Shown one piece after another: positions 28,240-42,332 of a DNA stretch of 64,000 nucleotides. The position numbers and the translations under genes were made by a program. How positions within the stretch are numbered: the stretch's first letter is position 1; each line of letters opens with the position of its first letter. The DNA lies in assembly GCF_009914755.1 (NCBI RefSeq), contig NC_060927.1. The stretch is one strand, 5' to 3'. A model generated the notes under the pieces. The model ran no database searches, had not been told where the DNA came from, and was given only the letters and a program-made list of their open reading frames with translations. The stretch comes from the human T2T-CHM13v2.0 reference genome, Homo sapiens.

Positions 28240-28542
28240 TTTTTTATTTTATTATTTTTTTGAGACAGTGTCTCACCCTGTTGCCCAGGCTGGAGTGTAG
28301 TGGTGCAATCATGGCTCACTGCAGCCTCAACCTTCCAGGCTCAGGTGATCCTCCACCTTAGTTTCCCAAGTAGCCAGGACTATGGGCACGTGCCACCACA
28401 CCTACCTAGTTTTTGTGTTTTTAGTAGAGATGGGGTTTTGCCATTTTGCCCAGGCTGGACTTGAACTCCTGGGTTCAAGTGATCCACACACCTTGGCCTC
28501 CCAAAGTGCTGGAATTACAGGCATGAGCCGCTGCACACAGCC
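28240..28542 (-). mobile_element. AluJ, tail-to-tail with the preceding Alu
   Basis: Full-length reverse Alu. Confidence 0.93.
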
Positions 28543-29696
28543 ACATGTCATTTTTAAATAACAGCCATTCATTTAAGTAGCATGACAACCAAAAGACATC
28601 AAAAGCAACATAGAAGGTTACATGGATGTGAAAACTGAAAACCCTCAGTTTTCCCAAGTAATTAAAAAAACAATAAAGGCAACACATGGATTATTTTGAT
28701 AAAACCTAAAATCTTTATTAGAGGCCAGTCATTTAAAGGGTAAAACCTCCTGTGGCATAATTGTGTCTTCTTATGGGAAGCTAATTTAAATCACTTGGAA
28801 GTCAAACCCGATGACAAGGAGACTTGAATTTAATTAGACATAGAAAGAGTGTGTCCAGGGCCATGAGTGAGCATAATATTACAGAGGAATGTAAACAGGA
28901 AAACCAGAGCATAGAGCAGTGGGGATCCATAGCTCACAGTGATAGCATGGAAGTTTCCTGGTTACATGAAGTAATTAAGACATATTTAAAAGCCAAGAGT
29001 ACAAAGTTAGACCTGATGAAAAAGCAGAAGGAGTTATCATCCCAGCCAAGCAGAAAAGCCAAGCCTTCTCTCCCTTCTCAAGAAGGAACAGAAGACAATG
29101 ATGTGATCTGTGACTCATGTGTAACATGAAAGTACAGGAAAAGTTGAACTTCTGATATACAAATCTGAAAAGTCTTTATAGTAACAGATTTCAGGATTAA
29201 AAGTCAATATTTATTACCTCTTATTAAGAGCAAATAAATACTTTAAGAAAACCTTGTTGTTTTAACCAAAATTTTTAGTTTTGTATCACTATGTTTTCGA
29301 TATTACAGCTAATTTAAATAAACTTTATAAACAATCTATTTGATATCAATCAGTTTTGACCTCGAGGTAAGATTTACATAAACTTTTAATAGCCTTGTAT
29401 AATTTTTTCCATCTTTCCCAACTTTTTATACACATTTAGTTTTATCTATCTTTTTTATTCCTTCAATTTAAAATAATCCTTAAAAATCTCTAAGCGAATT
29501 TACTTTCTCTGAAACAAAAACCGGTATACATTTTGCATACAGAATTGTTTCTCTTGTATCTAGTAGTCTTAATAACATACATCTGCCATGATATTAACAC
29601 TTAGTAACCCTTATTTTAATAAAAAACCTAGGAAGCAAGAAATCTTGAATTGTCATATAGCAGTATCTTACAGATGAGAATGATTTCATAATTTAG

Positions 29697-30020
<324 letters not shown>

Positions 30021-30100
30021 TAAGTTTTTAAATTGGAAATAACCCAGATATTTAATGAGTATCTATTATTTAATTTAACATAAGTAAAATTTCAAAAATA

Positions 30101-30373
30101 GGCTGGGCATGGTAGCTCATACCTGTAATCCCAACACTTTAGGAGGCCAAGGCAGGAGTATCATGAGACCAGCCTGAGCAAAATAGTGAGATGCTGACTC
30201 TACAAAAAAAATAAAACTTAGCTGAGCATGGTGGTGCATGCCTGTAATTAACAGCTACTAGGGAGGCTGAGGTGGGAGGATCCCTTGAGCGCAGGAGGTC
30301 AAGGTTGCAGTGAGCTGTGATCATGCCACTGCACTTTAGCCTGGGTGACAGACAGAGACACTGTCTCAAAAAA
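30101..30373 (+). mobile_element. AluJ
   Basis: Diverged Alu with a small left-arm deletion. Confidence 0.9.
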
Positions 30374-30853
30374 ATTTCAAAAATACATTAAGATGTCTTG
30401 TATAGACATTTATCCATTTACATTTACTTATTTTTAACAGTTTATCTAGAGTGTTTGTGAGAACTGAGGTATTAGACAAAGCTAGTCATCATTTCTAGGT
30501 TATTTTCTTGTTAACCATGTTATAGCCTGTGAATATCAGGTGTTCACGTAAGTGAGGACTTCAAAGTTAAATACATGGGTATTTTACCAATAACTCAGAA
30601 AATTCCATTATTTTTGTTCAACAAACCGTATTAAATTGGTCTTATGTATTTAAAAAATCACACAAACAAATATTCTTTTTTTTCCTGTGTTTATAGCTTT
30701 ATAACCTTCATGCCAAACCCTAGCACCTTAAAATATCTAGCAAATGTAAATATAAAACACCTTCAAAAATGTATGCTGACAATTCTGAAGACATTTCTAT
30801 TTTTATTTTATCAATACTTTTTAAATTATTTGTATTTATAAAAGAACTCTTTT

Positions 30854-31163
30854 GTCTGGGCACAGTGGTTCATGCCTGTATCCCAGCGCTTTGAGAGGCT
30901 GAGGCAAGAGGATCACTTGAGCTCAGGAGTTTGAGACCAGCCTGGGCAACATAGTGAGACCCAATCTCTACTAAGAATAAGATAAAAAGTTACCAGGCAT
31001 GGTGGTGCATGCCTATTGTCCCAGCTACTAGAGAAGATGAGGCAGGAGGATTGCTTGAGCCTGGGAGGTTGAGGTAACAGCTATGATCCCACTACTGCAC
31101 TCCAGCCTGGGGAACAGAATGAGGCCTTAGAGAGAGACCTTGTCTCAAAAAGAGAAAAAAATA
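30854..31163 (+). mobile_element. AluJ
   Basis: Diverged full-length Alu. Confidence 0.9.
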
Positions 31164-31367
31164 AAGAATTGTTTCATTCTTTTGTTTTTCTTTAGCCAAG
31201 TAACCTTGAATTGGTAACACCACAGACAGTAAGTTTCATCTCAACACCAGTAGACAAGTCAGCAGATTCAAAGTAGGCAGGGAAAAAAAAATAGGCAAAA
31301 GAACTGAGATTTTTTCATTTTAGGGTTTTTAAAGATAGTAACTATTTGAGTTCTGAATTTTCTTTCA

Positions 31368-32140
<773 letters not shown>

Positions 32141-32796
32141 CTAGCAAGCTTAAGGTTAGAGCTTCTCATTTTGGCCTTTTCAACATTAAATCTCCTTTAG
32201 TAAGCCCTTCCCCTCTAGGGAGGTACTTGCTGGAGCACTGCCTGAAGTTGATTTTCTGATGCCCTGTCGTTTCTGTTCTGAATGGTTTATTTCTCATTAT
32301 AAGAGCTCAGCAAAGCAGGCAGAGTTAAAAAGCAGACATGAAGACTTTTTAAAATCGTGGACTTCACTCCTACACTGAATCTCAGGTCCCCAGAAAGAGA
32401 GAAACACCATGGGACCACAGCAAAGGCAGAAGGAGGAGTGAGAGAGGGAGGTGGACAGAACAACAAAGAGGAGTTGGCTCTCAATTTTTCACATCTGCCA
32501 TTTTCTTAAGGTTTTTCTAGTTTATGGAGTCTCTTTGTTCCAATTGAGCACACAGATAAACTAGAGATCGCACAAGGCTTTTGCTGAGACCATCAAAGCC
32601 TTTAACCTCTGTTGAGCCAAATATTTTAGACCAAAAATACAGATAGACACACAAAAGCCAGAACCAGACCAGACTGAGTATCTCAGTGGCTGCAGCCTTT
32701 ATTCCCTTTATTCTTTAGGATTCGAACTCAAACCAGATTCAGGGTTCTAACACAACCAGGACCCCCCTGGGGTGAAACTGAAACTCCACAGTCTAG

Positions 32797-33122
<326 letters not shown>

Positions 33123-33249
33123 TGCTTGTTCTTTTCATTTCATCCTGATGTGCGAATACAGGAGAGTGGCTGAGTTGGTGTTCACTAACAAGCACGGAAG
33201 CTTTGTTACATTTACAGTGTCATTCTTGGCAAAACCTGAAGTTTTACCT

Positions 33250-33445
33250 GCTGGGTGCATGCCATTCTCCTGCCTCAGCCTCCAGAGTAGCTGGGACTAT
33301 AGGCACCCGCCACCTTGCCCAGTTAATTTTTTGTATTTTTAGTAGCCATGTTAGCCAGGATGGTCTCGATCTCCTGACCTTATGATCCACCCACCTTGGC
33401 CTCCCAGAGTGCTGGGACTACACACGTGAGCCACCGCGCCCAGCC
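33250..33445 (-). mobile_element. Alu lacking its 3' end and tail
   Basis: On the plus strand it starts mid right arm (catgccattctcctgcctcagcc) with no poly(T). Confidence 0.9.
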
Positions 33446-36334
33446 AGAAGCTCTGTAATTTCAATGATGATTGTGCTTTTAATCTCTTTCTCGGCATCTG
33501 GCTCATGATAAAGTTTCAGGTGTCTTGATGGTATCTAAATCAGCTGTTGATTTGGTCCTGGAGAAACACAAGCATAACCTCAATGCCAAGTTATTATTTT
33601 ACCTATTTCCCAAATTTTTGTTATTGGATCTCTTCACCAAACCAGTTGTTCTGCTTCTGTCTTTGCAGCTGTTTTCTGTAGATGCTGTTCAGCTGCTGAT
33701 AACATCTGGCCTTTGGGCAGGCTCAAAAATTTGAAAGTTAATAATGCTAGATTCAATTGTGTATGGGCTGTCCCATAATCCCTCTGTCTCCCCCTTTTTT
33801 GTTTTTATTATTAGTTGTTCATCTGTATGAAATCATAACTGAGCATTTTCAATTAGCTGTGTGGAATGAACCATGTATGAAGAATCAGAAATCACATTAA
33901 TAGGCATATCAAAAGCAGTCAATACCTCAATTACAGCTATAAGCTCCGCTTTTTGAGCTGAAGTATAGGGTGTCTGGAAAACTTTACCTTTGATCCAGAA
34001 TAAGAAGCTTTACCATTACTAGACCCATCTGTGAAACAATGAAAATGCTTAGCAGGCTGCAGGTTGTTTACTGCAGGAATTGTAAATGCAAACCGTTCAG
34101 TCTTGCTCAGCTAAAAGGGTAGTAAAAAAACAGTCTTTTAAATCTATGACTATTAAAGGACAATTTTTTGGAATTATAGTAGGAGAAGGCAATCCTGGCT
34201 GTTACACTCCCATAGGTTGTATAACTGAATTGATGGCTCTTAAGTCAATTAACATTCTCCATTTACCTGATTTTTTCTTAATTACGAAAACAGGAGAATT
34301 CCAAGGGGAAAATGTTGGAGCTACGTGCGCATTTTCTAATTGTTCAGTAACTAATTTCTCTAAAGCCTCCAGTTTCTCTTTGCTTAGCAGCCATTATTCT
34401 ATCCAAATTGGCTTATCTGTTAACTATTTTAAAGGTATAGGTTCTGGAGGCTTAACAATGGCCACCATCAAAAATGATATCCTAACCTTTGGCAGGAACT
34501 TTGTCTTTCCACTTGAAGCAGTTCTTTCAAATCTTGCAAATTTTTTTCTACTCCCAAACCAGGGACATGCCCCATTTTGTGCATCATATGTTGACTTTGA
34601 GGGCCGTATAATTGTTATGGAATTAGAGCTTGTGCTCCCCGTTGTTGTAATAAATCTCTCTCCTATAAATTTATAGGTACAGAGGTTATAATTGGTTGAA
34701 CAGTCCCAGGTTGTCCGTCGGGCCCTTCACAATACAAAATATAGCTACTTTGATATATTTCTGGGGCTTTACCAACTTTGACTATGTTAAATTGAGTGGG
34801 TTGAATTGGCCACGTGGACAGCCAGTGCTGTAGAGAAATGATTGAAATGTCCGCTCCTACCAAAAAAAATAGTATCTACCAAACCTTTAAAGTTCTTTCC
34901 CTGGATAGTTATTTCACAGGTAGGATGTTTATCAGTAATTTGGTTTACCCAATAAGCTGCTTTCCCTTGTTTATTTGTGCTTCCAAATCCTCCTGTTCAT
35001 TTAATTTCACTTTTTCCCATCCCCACATACGGCACAATCAGGAGCTGTGCTATGCGCACTCCTGGCTCTGCTTTCCAGGGAACAGAAGTAGATATAACAA
35101 TTTGAATTTCCTCATTGTAATCTGAATCAATGACTCCAGTGTGTATTTGTACCCCTTTTAAACTTAAACTAGACCTTCCTAAAAGTAATCCTATTGTCCC
35201 TGCTGGCAAGGGTCCACAGACTGCTGTTGGGACCTTTTGCAGGGGTTCCTCAGGCAGAAGGCTCACAGCTTTTGTGCAGCATAAATCTACTGTGGCACTA
35301 TGGGCTGTGGCGGGGGACAGACAATGTATGGGGGTGAGGGAATGGCCTGAGCTGGAAATGCCCTGGTTTAGAACAGGGCCTGGGATGGGCCCCTCAGGGA
35401 GTTTCCCGAAATCAGGTTCCCTTCTTTATGAAACTTAGAGTGACACTGATTAGCCCAATGTTTTCCTTTTTTACATTTTGGACATATTTCAGGATCAGCA
35501 GTTTTCTTTTTTCCCTTATCTGGTGGCCTGACTCACTGATTTTTTCTATATTCTTTTTAGTATGACCATGCTTCCCACAGTTAAAACAAGCTCCAGGAAA
35601 TGGAGTATTTCCTTTATCCACTCTCAGTCCTGCCATCGCCTGTGCCAACAAAGTAGCTTTATGCAGATTACCTCTGATACCATCACAGTCCTTGAAATAA
35701 TCAACTAAATGTGCTTTCCCTCTGATAGGTCACAGAGCAGCCTGGCAATCGGGATTAGCATTGTTGAAAGCTAATGACTGCAACACTATATCTTGAGCAG
35801 CCAAATCTGTGATCATCTTTTTAAGAGACTCATGTAACCAAGCTATAAAATGCACGTGTGGTTCTCTTGGTCCCTGTTTTATAGCACTAAAGGAAGGGTA
35901 TTGTTCCCCACCTGAAGTGATTTTTTTCCCAAGCTCTAATGCACGTTCCTCTAAGCTGTTCTATGGCATCATCCTGCCTGACCAGTTGTGCATCCAAACC
36001 AGCCCAGCCACCAACCCCCAAAAGTTGGTCTGCAGTTATATTAATTTAAGGTTAGGCCCAGGCATTGCAAGCAGCCTGAATGGAAGCTTCATCTGCCCAC
36101 CAAGTTTTAAATTGTAAGAACTGAGCAGGAGTTAGACAAGCTCAAGTAAGAGCGTCCCAGTCAGTAGGAATCATCCAACTGGAAACAGCAACATTCTTTA
36201 ACAGTCCCATTACAAAAGGAGAACCTGGTCCATATTGATTTATGGCTTGTTTAAATTTTTTGAGTAATTTAAAAGGAAAAGGCTCAAATGTAGCTAGAAT
36301 ATTTCCCTGTTGATCTGGAGGGTCTAACAGATCA

Positions 36335-36389
36335 TTCTATTCTATTCTATTCTATTCTATTCTATTCTATTCTATTCTATTCTATTCTA
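36335..36389. repeat. (TTCTA)11 microsatellite in HML-3 gag
   Basis: Read directly from the sequence. Confidence 0.97.
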
Positions 36390-36893
36390 ACAGGGAACAG
36401 CCAAACCTCTAAATCCCACTCTTGTCTAGCTTGCTGAATTCCTGCCTGAATAGAACTAAGAGTGGTCGCTCAAGGCACTGCTTGAACAGTCACCAGGGCA
36501 ACTACTTTTCACCCAGTGTCCTCCAGAAAAGAAAGATCTGGAGGGTCATTTTCTTCAAAATAATAATGAGGGGGTACAGAAGGGTAGGGATGAACCTCTC
36601 CCTCCTTTGCTGCTTCAGCTTTAGGTGGCAAATAAACCTGGTCTGTAACCTCTACTGTTACTTTGTTATACTCTCCTTCCTCCTCATCATCAGTGTGAAA
36701 AAGTTCCAAGGTAGAACGAACCACAGCCCACACTTGTCCCATTGTTACTCTGATGCTTCTGAGCTCCCCTTCTTACTCACCATGGGGATTGCTTTAAGAG
36801 TACTTGGGTGTCCTCCAGCTAGTTCCACATTCTCCAGCCATTGCTCTGGCGATCCTTCAAGCTGTATTCAAGCCCCCATGAATGGGCACCACT

Positions 36894-37398
36894 TGCCAAG
36901 ACCAGGTTGGGGAGACTCTAACCCAGCAGCACTAGAGGAATTAAAGACACATACACAGAAATATAGAGGTGTGAAGTGGGAAATCAGGGGTCTCACAGCC
37001 TTCAGAGCTGAGAGCCCCAGAGATTTACCCACATATTTATTAACAGCAAGCCAGTCATCAGCACTGTTTCTATAGATATTCAATTAACTAAAAGTAACCC
37101 TTATGGGAAACGAAGGGGTGGGCTGAATTAAAGGAATAGATTGGGCTAGTTAACTGCAGCAGGAGCATGTCCTTAAGGCACAGATCACTCATGCTATTGT
37201 TTGTGGCTTAAGAATGCCTTTAAGCGGTTTTCCACCCTGGGCAGGCCAGGTGTTCCTTGCCCTCATTCCAGTAAACCCACAACCTTCCAGCGTGGGAGTT
37301 ATGGCCATCATGAACATGACACAGTGCTGCAGAGATTTTGTTTATGGCCAGTATTGGGGCCAGTTTATGGCCGGATTTGGGGGGGCTTGTTCCCAACA
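36894..37398 (-). mobile_element. MER9 5' LTR (HML-3)
   Basis: TGTTGGGAAC...ggccataaactggcccc...GGCA followed by the PBS. Confidence 0.92.
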
Positions 37399-39257
37399 GT
37401 TCCTCAGGGTAAGCATCGCCTAACTCCTGTGGGGACCTTCTTTGGTGGCTCCCCAGGAAGTAAGGAGATGGGAATTGTGCTGTAGAGGTCTACAGCAGTG
37501 CTGCTTGCTGAGGTGGGGGACAATTGTTGTACATTTGTAAGGGCAGTGGCTGTGCTGGGTATGCCTCGGTTTGTTGAGGGGCTCGAGGCGGGCCCCCTTC
37601 CTATTTCCTGAAAGAGGTTGTCCATCTTTGCCAAATTTAGAATGACACGGACTTGCCTAGTGATTGCCTTTCTTACACAGGGACATACACTGGGACTTTT
37701 CTGTTGATTGATGGTAGTAGTTTTTGTCTTTTGAGTTCCTTTCTACATTCCTTTCTTGTGTCCAATTTGCCCACAATTAAGGCAAGAGCCTGAGAAATGA
37801 AGCATACTTTTTCTTACTCTTAATCTAGCCATAGCCTGAGCTAAAAGAGTAGCCTTATGTAAGTTACCTCCAATGCCATCACAAGCCTTAATATATTTAG
37901 TTAAATGAGGCTTCTCTCTCAGGGGTCTAATAGCAGTTTGACACTCTGCATTAGCATTATTGGTATGCACGAAGCTGTATTACAACATCCTGAGCTGTTT
38001 TTATCATTTATGGCTTTATACACAGCCTCTTGGAGCTGAGCAATAAAATTAATATATGGTTCTTTAGGTCCTTGTCAGACAGAACTGAAATAAGGACACT
38101 TTTCCCCTGTAACATTTATCCTTTTCTATGCCTGTAAGCACATGAAGCACAGCTGAACAATGGCAACATCTTCCATTACTGCTTGATTCTCTAAACAACC
38201 CCAGTTAGGGCCAACTCATATTAACTGATGAAAGAAAACAGGCACAGGTGGCTGCACTTGTGTGTTTTCTTTTGACTGAGTTTGAGCTTCATCAGCCTAC
38301 CAAGTTTTAAACTGCAAGTACTGAGATGGAGTGAGAACAGGTTTTGTCAAAGTATCCTAATTATATGGTATTACTCTATTATCAAGAGCCATATTTTTTA
38401 ATAAAGCTTGCACAAAAAGAGAGTTCAGTCCATATGAACTAATGGCTTGCTTAAATTCTTTAGTACCTTAAAAGAAAAAGCAGCCTAATTAGCTATATTC
38501 TGTCCTACTTGCTGGATTATAGTAATGGGAAATTGCCACGCTTCAAGGTCTCCCTTGGCTTTAGCTTTTTGAATAGAATTTTGTATAGCACCACCAATTG
38601 CTCCAGGTTTTAATGTTGCAACTACAGGAGCAGTAAGTTTTTCAGCTAATTTATTTTCTCACCCATTTAGGGGAGAGAGAGGAGGTGGCCATTCACTTAA
38701 TTCAGCAGGTGGAGCCAACGGGCTAGTAAAACATACTTTTTAAAGTTTTTCTTTCTTTTCTTTAATCTCCTCCGGTAGCTGTTCCTCACACTCAGAATTT
38801 GAAGTTAGTTTTTTACACTCATCCTCCTCTTCCTCATCTGAATCTACCTCATGATCTGTTTGAAGTGGCTCAAGGGCTGCCTTTATTAGCGCCCACACTG
38901 ACCACACAGAAACTGGAATTTCTGCTCCATCTTTATATGCCTTTTAAAAGTCTCTTCCAATTCTCTCCCATTCATCCAACTTCATAGTCCTTTGTTCTGG
39001 AAACCATGGGCAAAACTGCTTTACTGTACTAAAGAGTGATAACAAATTCTAAGTACTAACTTTCACTCCCGTCTTTGTAATAAATGCCTTAAGAAATTTA
39101 AACAAGCAGAATGTCTGCTTTCACTTTGTCTCATTGTTACCCTGGTTCTTCTGAGCACTCAGCTTTTCCGCCGAGCTTCTTTTAGATGTCCTCTGCTTTC
39201 ACATGCTCTAGCCTTCCTTCACCGGGGTCTTTGTCACCCCATGTTGGGCACCAGGAA
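37399..39257 (-). pseudogene. HERV-K HML-1 (HERVK14) leader, gag and start of dUTPase-pro
   Basis: PBS tggtgcccaacatgggg; gag starts MRQSESRHSA at ~39134; CLNCGQIGH knuckle; AVDLYSTIPISLLPGEPPKKVPTG is cut by the MER9 LTR. Confidence 0.85.
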
Positions 39258-39544
39258 TGTTGGGGTGATCAGACCCAACACTAGGTTGTGGGGGTGACAA
39301 AGTCCGGTAGAATCAAAGGAATGAGAAAAAGACAGTTTGAGAGAGAAAGTGGGGCCAGGGGACCATCACAAGTGTGGAGTCTGTGAAGTCCCCAAACTCT
39401 GGGAGCCCATGCTATTTATTGGTGCTCAAACAAAGAAACAGGTGGTGAGGATGTGGAGGTTGAAAGGAAACGGTGTATCAAGTGAATGAGAAACACATGG
39501 CCCTGCCTCAGCTCCTCTCCCAACACTCAGCTTTTCTCCCAACA
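39258..39544 (-). mobile_element. LTR14A-like 5' LTR (HML-1)
   Basis: TGTTGGGAGAAAAGCTGAGTG...GATCACCCCAACA with an internal AATAAA. Confidence 0.85.
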
Positions 39545-40345
39545 CATTCCCCTTAAGAACAGGAATAAAATAGGGATGCCTGTTCTCACCACTCCTGTTC
39601 AACAAGTCCAATCAGGCAAGAGAAAGAGATAAAAGGCATCCAAATAGGAAATGAAATCAAATTATCTCTCTTCACTGATGATATGATTCTACACCTAGAA
39701 AACCATAAAGACTGTGCCAAAAGGCTCCTAGAACTGATAAACAACTTCAGCAAAGTTTCAGGATTAAAAAAAATCAACATACAAAAAGAAGTAGCATTTC
39801 CGTACAGCAAAAATGTTTAAACTGAGAGGTAAATCAAGAATGCAATCCTGTTTACAATAGCAACCCCCAAAATAGAATAAAATAAAATAAAATAAAGCAA
39901 GAATATGTCTAACCAAGGAGGTAAAGGATATCTAAGAGGAGAACTACAAAACACTGCAGAAAGAAATCATAGATGACAAAACAAATGGAAAACCATTCCA
40001 TGCTCATGGATTAGAAAGATCAGTATTGTTAAAATGGCTATACTGCCAAAAGCAATCTACACATTCAACACTATTCCTATCAAACAACCAATGTCATTTC
40101 TTACAGAATTAGAAAAAAACTATTCTAAATTTCATATGGATTTTTAAAGAGCCCAGAGAACAAAAGGAAACCTAAGCAAAAAAAAAAAAAACAAAGCTGG
40201 AGACATCACATTACTTGACTTCATACTATACTCTAAGGCCACGGTAGACAAAATAGCATGGTACTGATATGAAAACAGACACAAAGACCAATGAAACAGA
40301 ATAGAGAACCCCAAAAATAAACACATGCACCTACAGCCATCAGCT
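39545..40345 (+). mobile_element. L1 (PB/old PA) ORF2 fragment
   Basis: RT-region DNA (ttcactgatgatatgatt) and downstream ORF2. Confidence 0.88.
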
Positions 40346-40389
40346 TTCCCAGGGTAACACAGAGAGCCAAGTGGCACCTGCACATTACA

Positions 40390-40640
40390 CTGTGGGAGAA
40401 AAACCCAAGCTCAAGAAACCCCAACTTGTATTATGGGAAGTTCACTTGGCTGTACCCTTCCCCAGAGGGAGAAATTATCTGCATTATACTGGACAGTAAA
40501 TAAACTTTTCCTTTGTTCCAGAAGGAGGTAATAGTTTTCTATTCCAAGGCTGTTTTCCATACAAACATGCTTGAAAACGATCATTTGGAACAAGATAGTC
40601 AGCGTCCATACTTGCAAAATGTGCAGAAGTTAAAGAGACC
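40390..40640 (-). mobile_element. ERVL LTR fragment (MER68/MER77-like)
   Basis: attatactggacagtaa...ttccaaggctgttt...atacaaacat; recognised from memory. Confidence 0.5.
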
Positions 40641-40943
40641 CAAAAATTGTTTATCTACCAATTTCTATTTTTCAAAATCATAATTTCCCCATATAATATG
40701 CTTTTAATATGTGATCATATTCTGAAATTGTCTTAGCATTTACCCCCACTTTTGAGTCCAGAAGGATACAATAAATGTAATTTAATTTAGTAACACTTCA
40801 AATAGTAGTGATTGTAATAGCAGAGCTAGTTTGTAGCATAAAGAAAAAATAATAATATTATTAGGTGACACTTACAAATAATACTAGTCACCATTTGTAA
40901 GTGTCATGGTAAGTACAGTGATTATTTTCTTTTCTTCTGACTC

Positions 40944-41110
40944 TTTTTTATTTTATTTTATTTTATTTTTCCATAGGTTATTGGGGTACAGTGGTATTTG
41001 GTTCCATGAGTAAGTTCTTCAGTGGTGATTTGTGAGATTTTGGTGCATCCAACACCCGAGCAGTGTACACTGCACCGTATTTGTAACCTTTTATCCCTCA
41101 CCCCCCTCCC
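40944..41110 (-). mobile_element. L1PB-type 3' end fragment
   Basis: T-rich tail, then ccataggttattggggtacag...agtggtgatttgtgagattttggtgca. Confidence 0.85.
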
Positions 41111-41838
41111 TATTAAATAATAGACAAAAAATAATGGGTTTAGAATAAATGAGTTCAAATAAATTGTCAAACATATGTGGGAAAAGTGGAATCGGTTTCT
41201 GAGAAAAAGCAAAAAACTCAACAGAAATGCTGATAAAGCATCATCCCTTCATGGCTAGAGCTGCCAGGACACCAGAACACCAAAATCAGCTAGGGAAATT
41301 TTGTAGAAGTCCTACATGTATTAATTGTTCTGTGAATACACAGAGATTAATTATAACTGTTACCTGCATGTAGAGTAAAGATGAGAAGGCATTGGTCATG
41401 GTGGCAGCTACCTCAGGAGTTACAAAGCAGACGTGGTTCCAGGACAGTACATGTCAGGGTAGAGCTGTCCTCGGAGGCTATTAGGAGCTGGTCATGGCAC
41501 AGACATTGTAAGTCAGATGGTCTCATTACTTTCAATGACAAAACCAAAATTACTTTTGCATCAGCCTAATACAACGGCCTGGCAAGAGCACAGAAAAAGT
41601 CCCTGTGCTGTTATGTGGGGACCTCTGATGCAGCACAATTCCTTCATCCTCTTCTCCAAAACTCCCTCTTCCAATTCCACTGAAGAGAAAATCTGATGGA
41701 AGTCCTGTGTAAGCAGGCTCAGATATATCTACCACTATAGATAGTAGAGGTGATTCACAAATCCAAGCCTATCAAATACATCATAAATAAGTTACACATT
41801 TAATTTTTTTTTGAAATTAGGGATCATGATATGAAAGT

Positions 41839-42332
41839 TATCAGAATCAAAACTGTCACTAATGTTTAAAAAGAAAAGAAAAAACCTGCACAAATAGATT
41901 CAGAGAAGGCCTTGAAGAGAGGGTTCTCATGCTTCTAGGCCTGATAACAAAAACTATCACAAAATACCACAAAAACAACAACCTTGCACACAGGCCATAG
42001 CAACCTTACACAAAATATACTTCTGTGAGGACATCTATCCAGCAACCGCCTCCCCAACCTTCAACTGACATCGACCTTGTTGTTGATCTTTATAGTCAAA
42101 GATAACTATATCAAAACAATTATATAAGCCTCTTCATTTTTCCTTTATTTATTTTTTTCTACTCCCCCGTACTTCCAGGTTGATCGTTTTTCTTTTAAAG
42201 ACCTTGTCTTCCTTTACCATTTGAATCTACATAGTTTACTTTGTCATGCATATTCCCATTGAAATGCCCTCCTCCCTAAGATGTGTCTTTTTCCTTTAAA
42301 GAGCCTTTCTCTGTTTGTTATTTAGGTTTACA
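41839..42332 (+). mobile_element. ERV1 MER4-group solo LTR (subfamily uncertain)
   Basis: tcagaatcaaaa...gagagggttctcatgctt...ctgtttgttatttaggtttaca. Confidence 0.65.

Larger units (their letters stand above)
33123..36893 (-). pseudogene. HERV-K HML-3 (HERVK9) internal region: defective gag, dUTPase-pro and deleted pol; no 3' LTR seen
   Basis: Gag MGQVWAVVRSTLE (36742) and zinc knuckle CFNCGKHGH; dUTPase GRSS...GVIDSDY; protease; partial RT, RNase H and IN; Lys-type PBS at ~36873-36891. Confidence 0.9.

Noticed and set aside
34086-37075. 196-aa and 217-aa plus-strand ORFs
   Set aside because: Antisense shadows of HML-3 pol, gag and LTR sequence.
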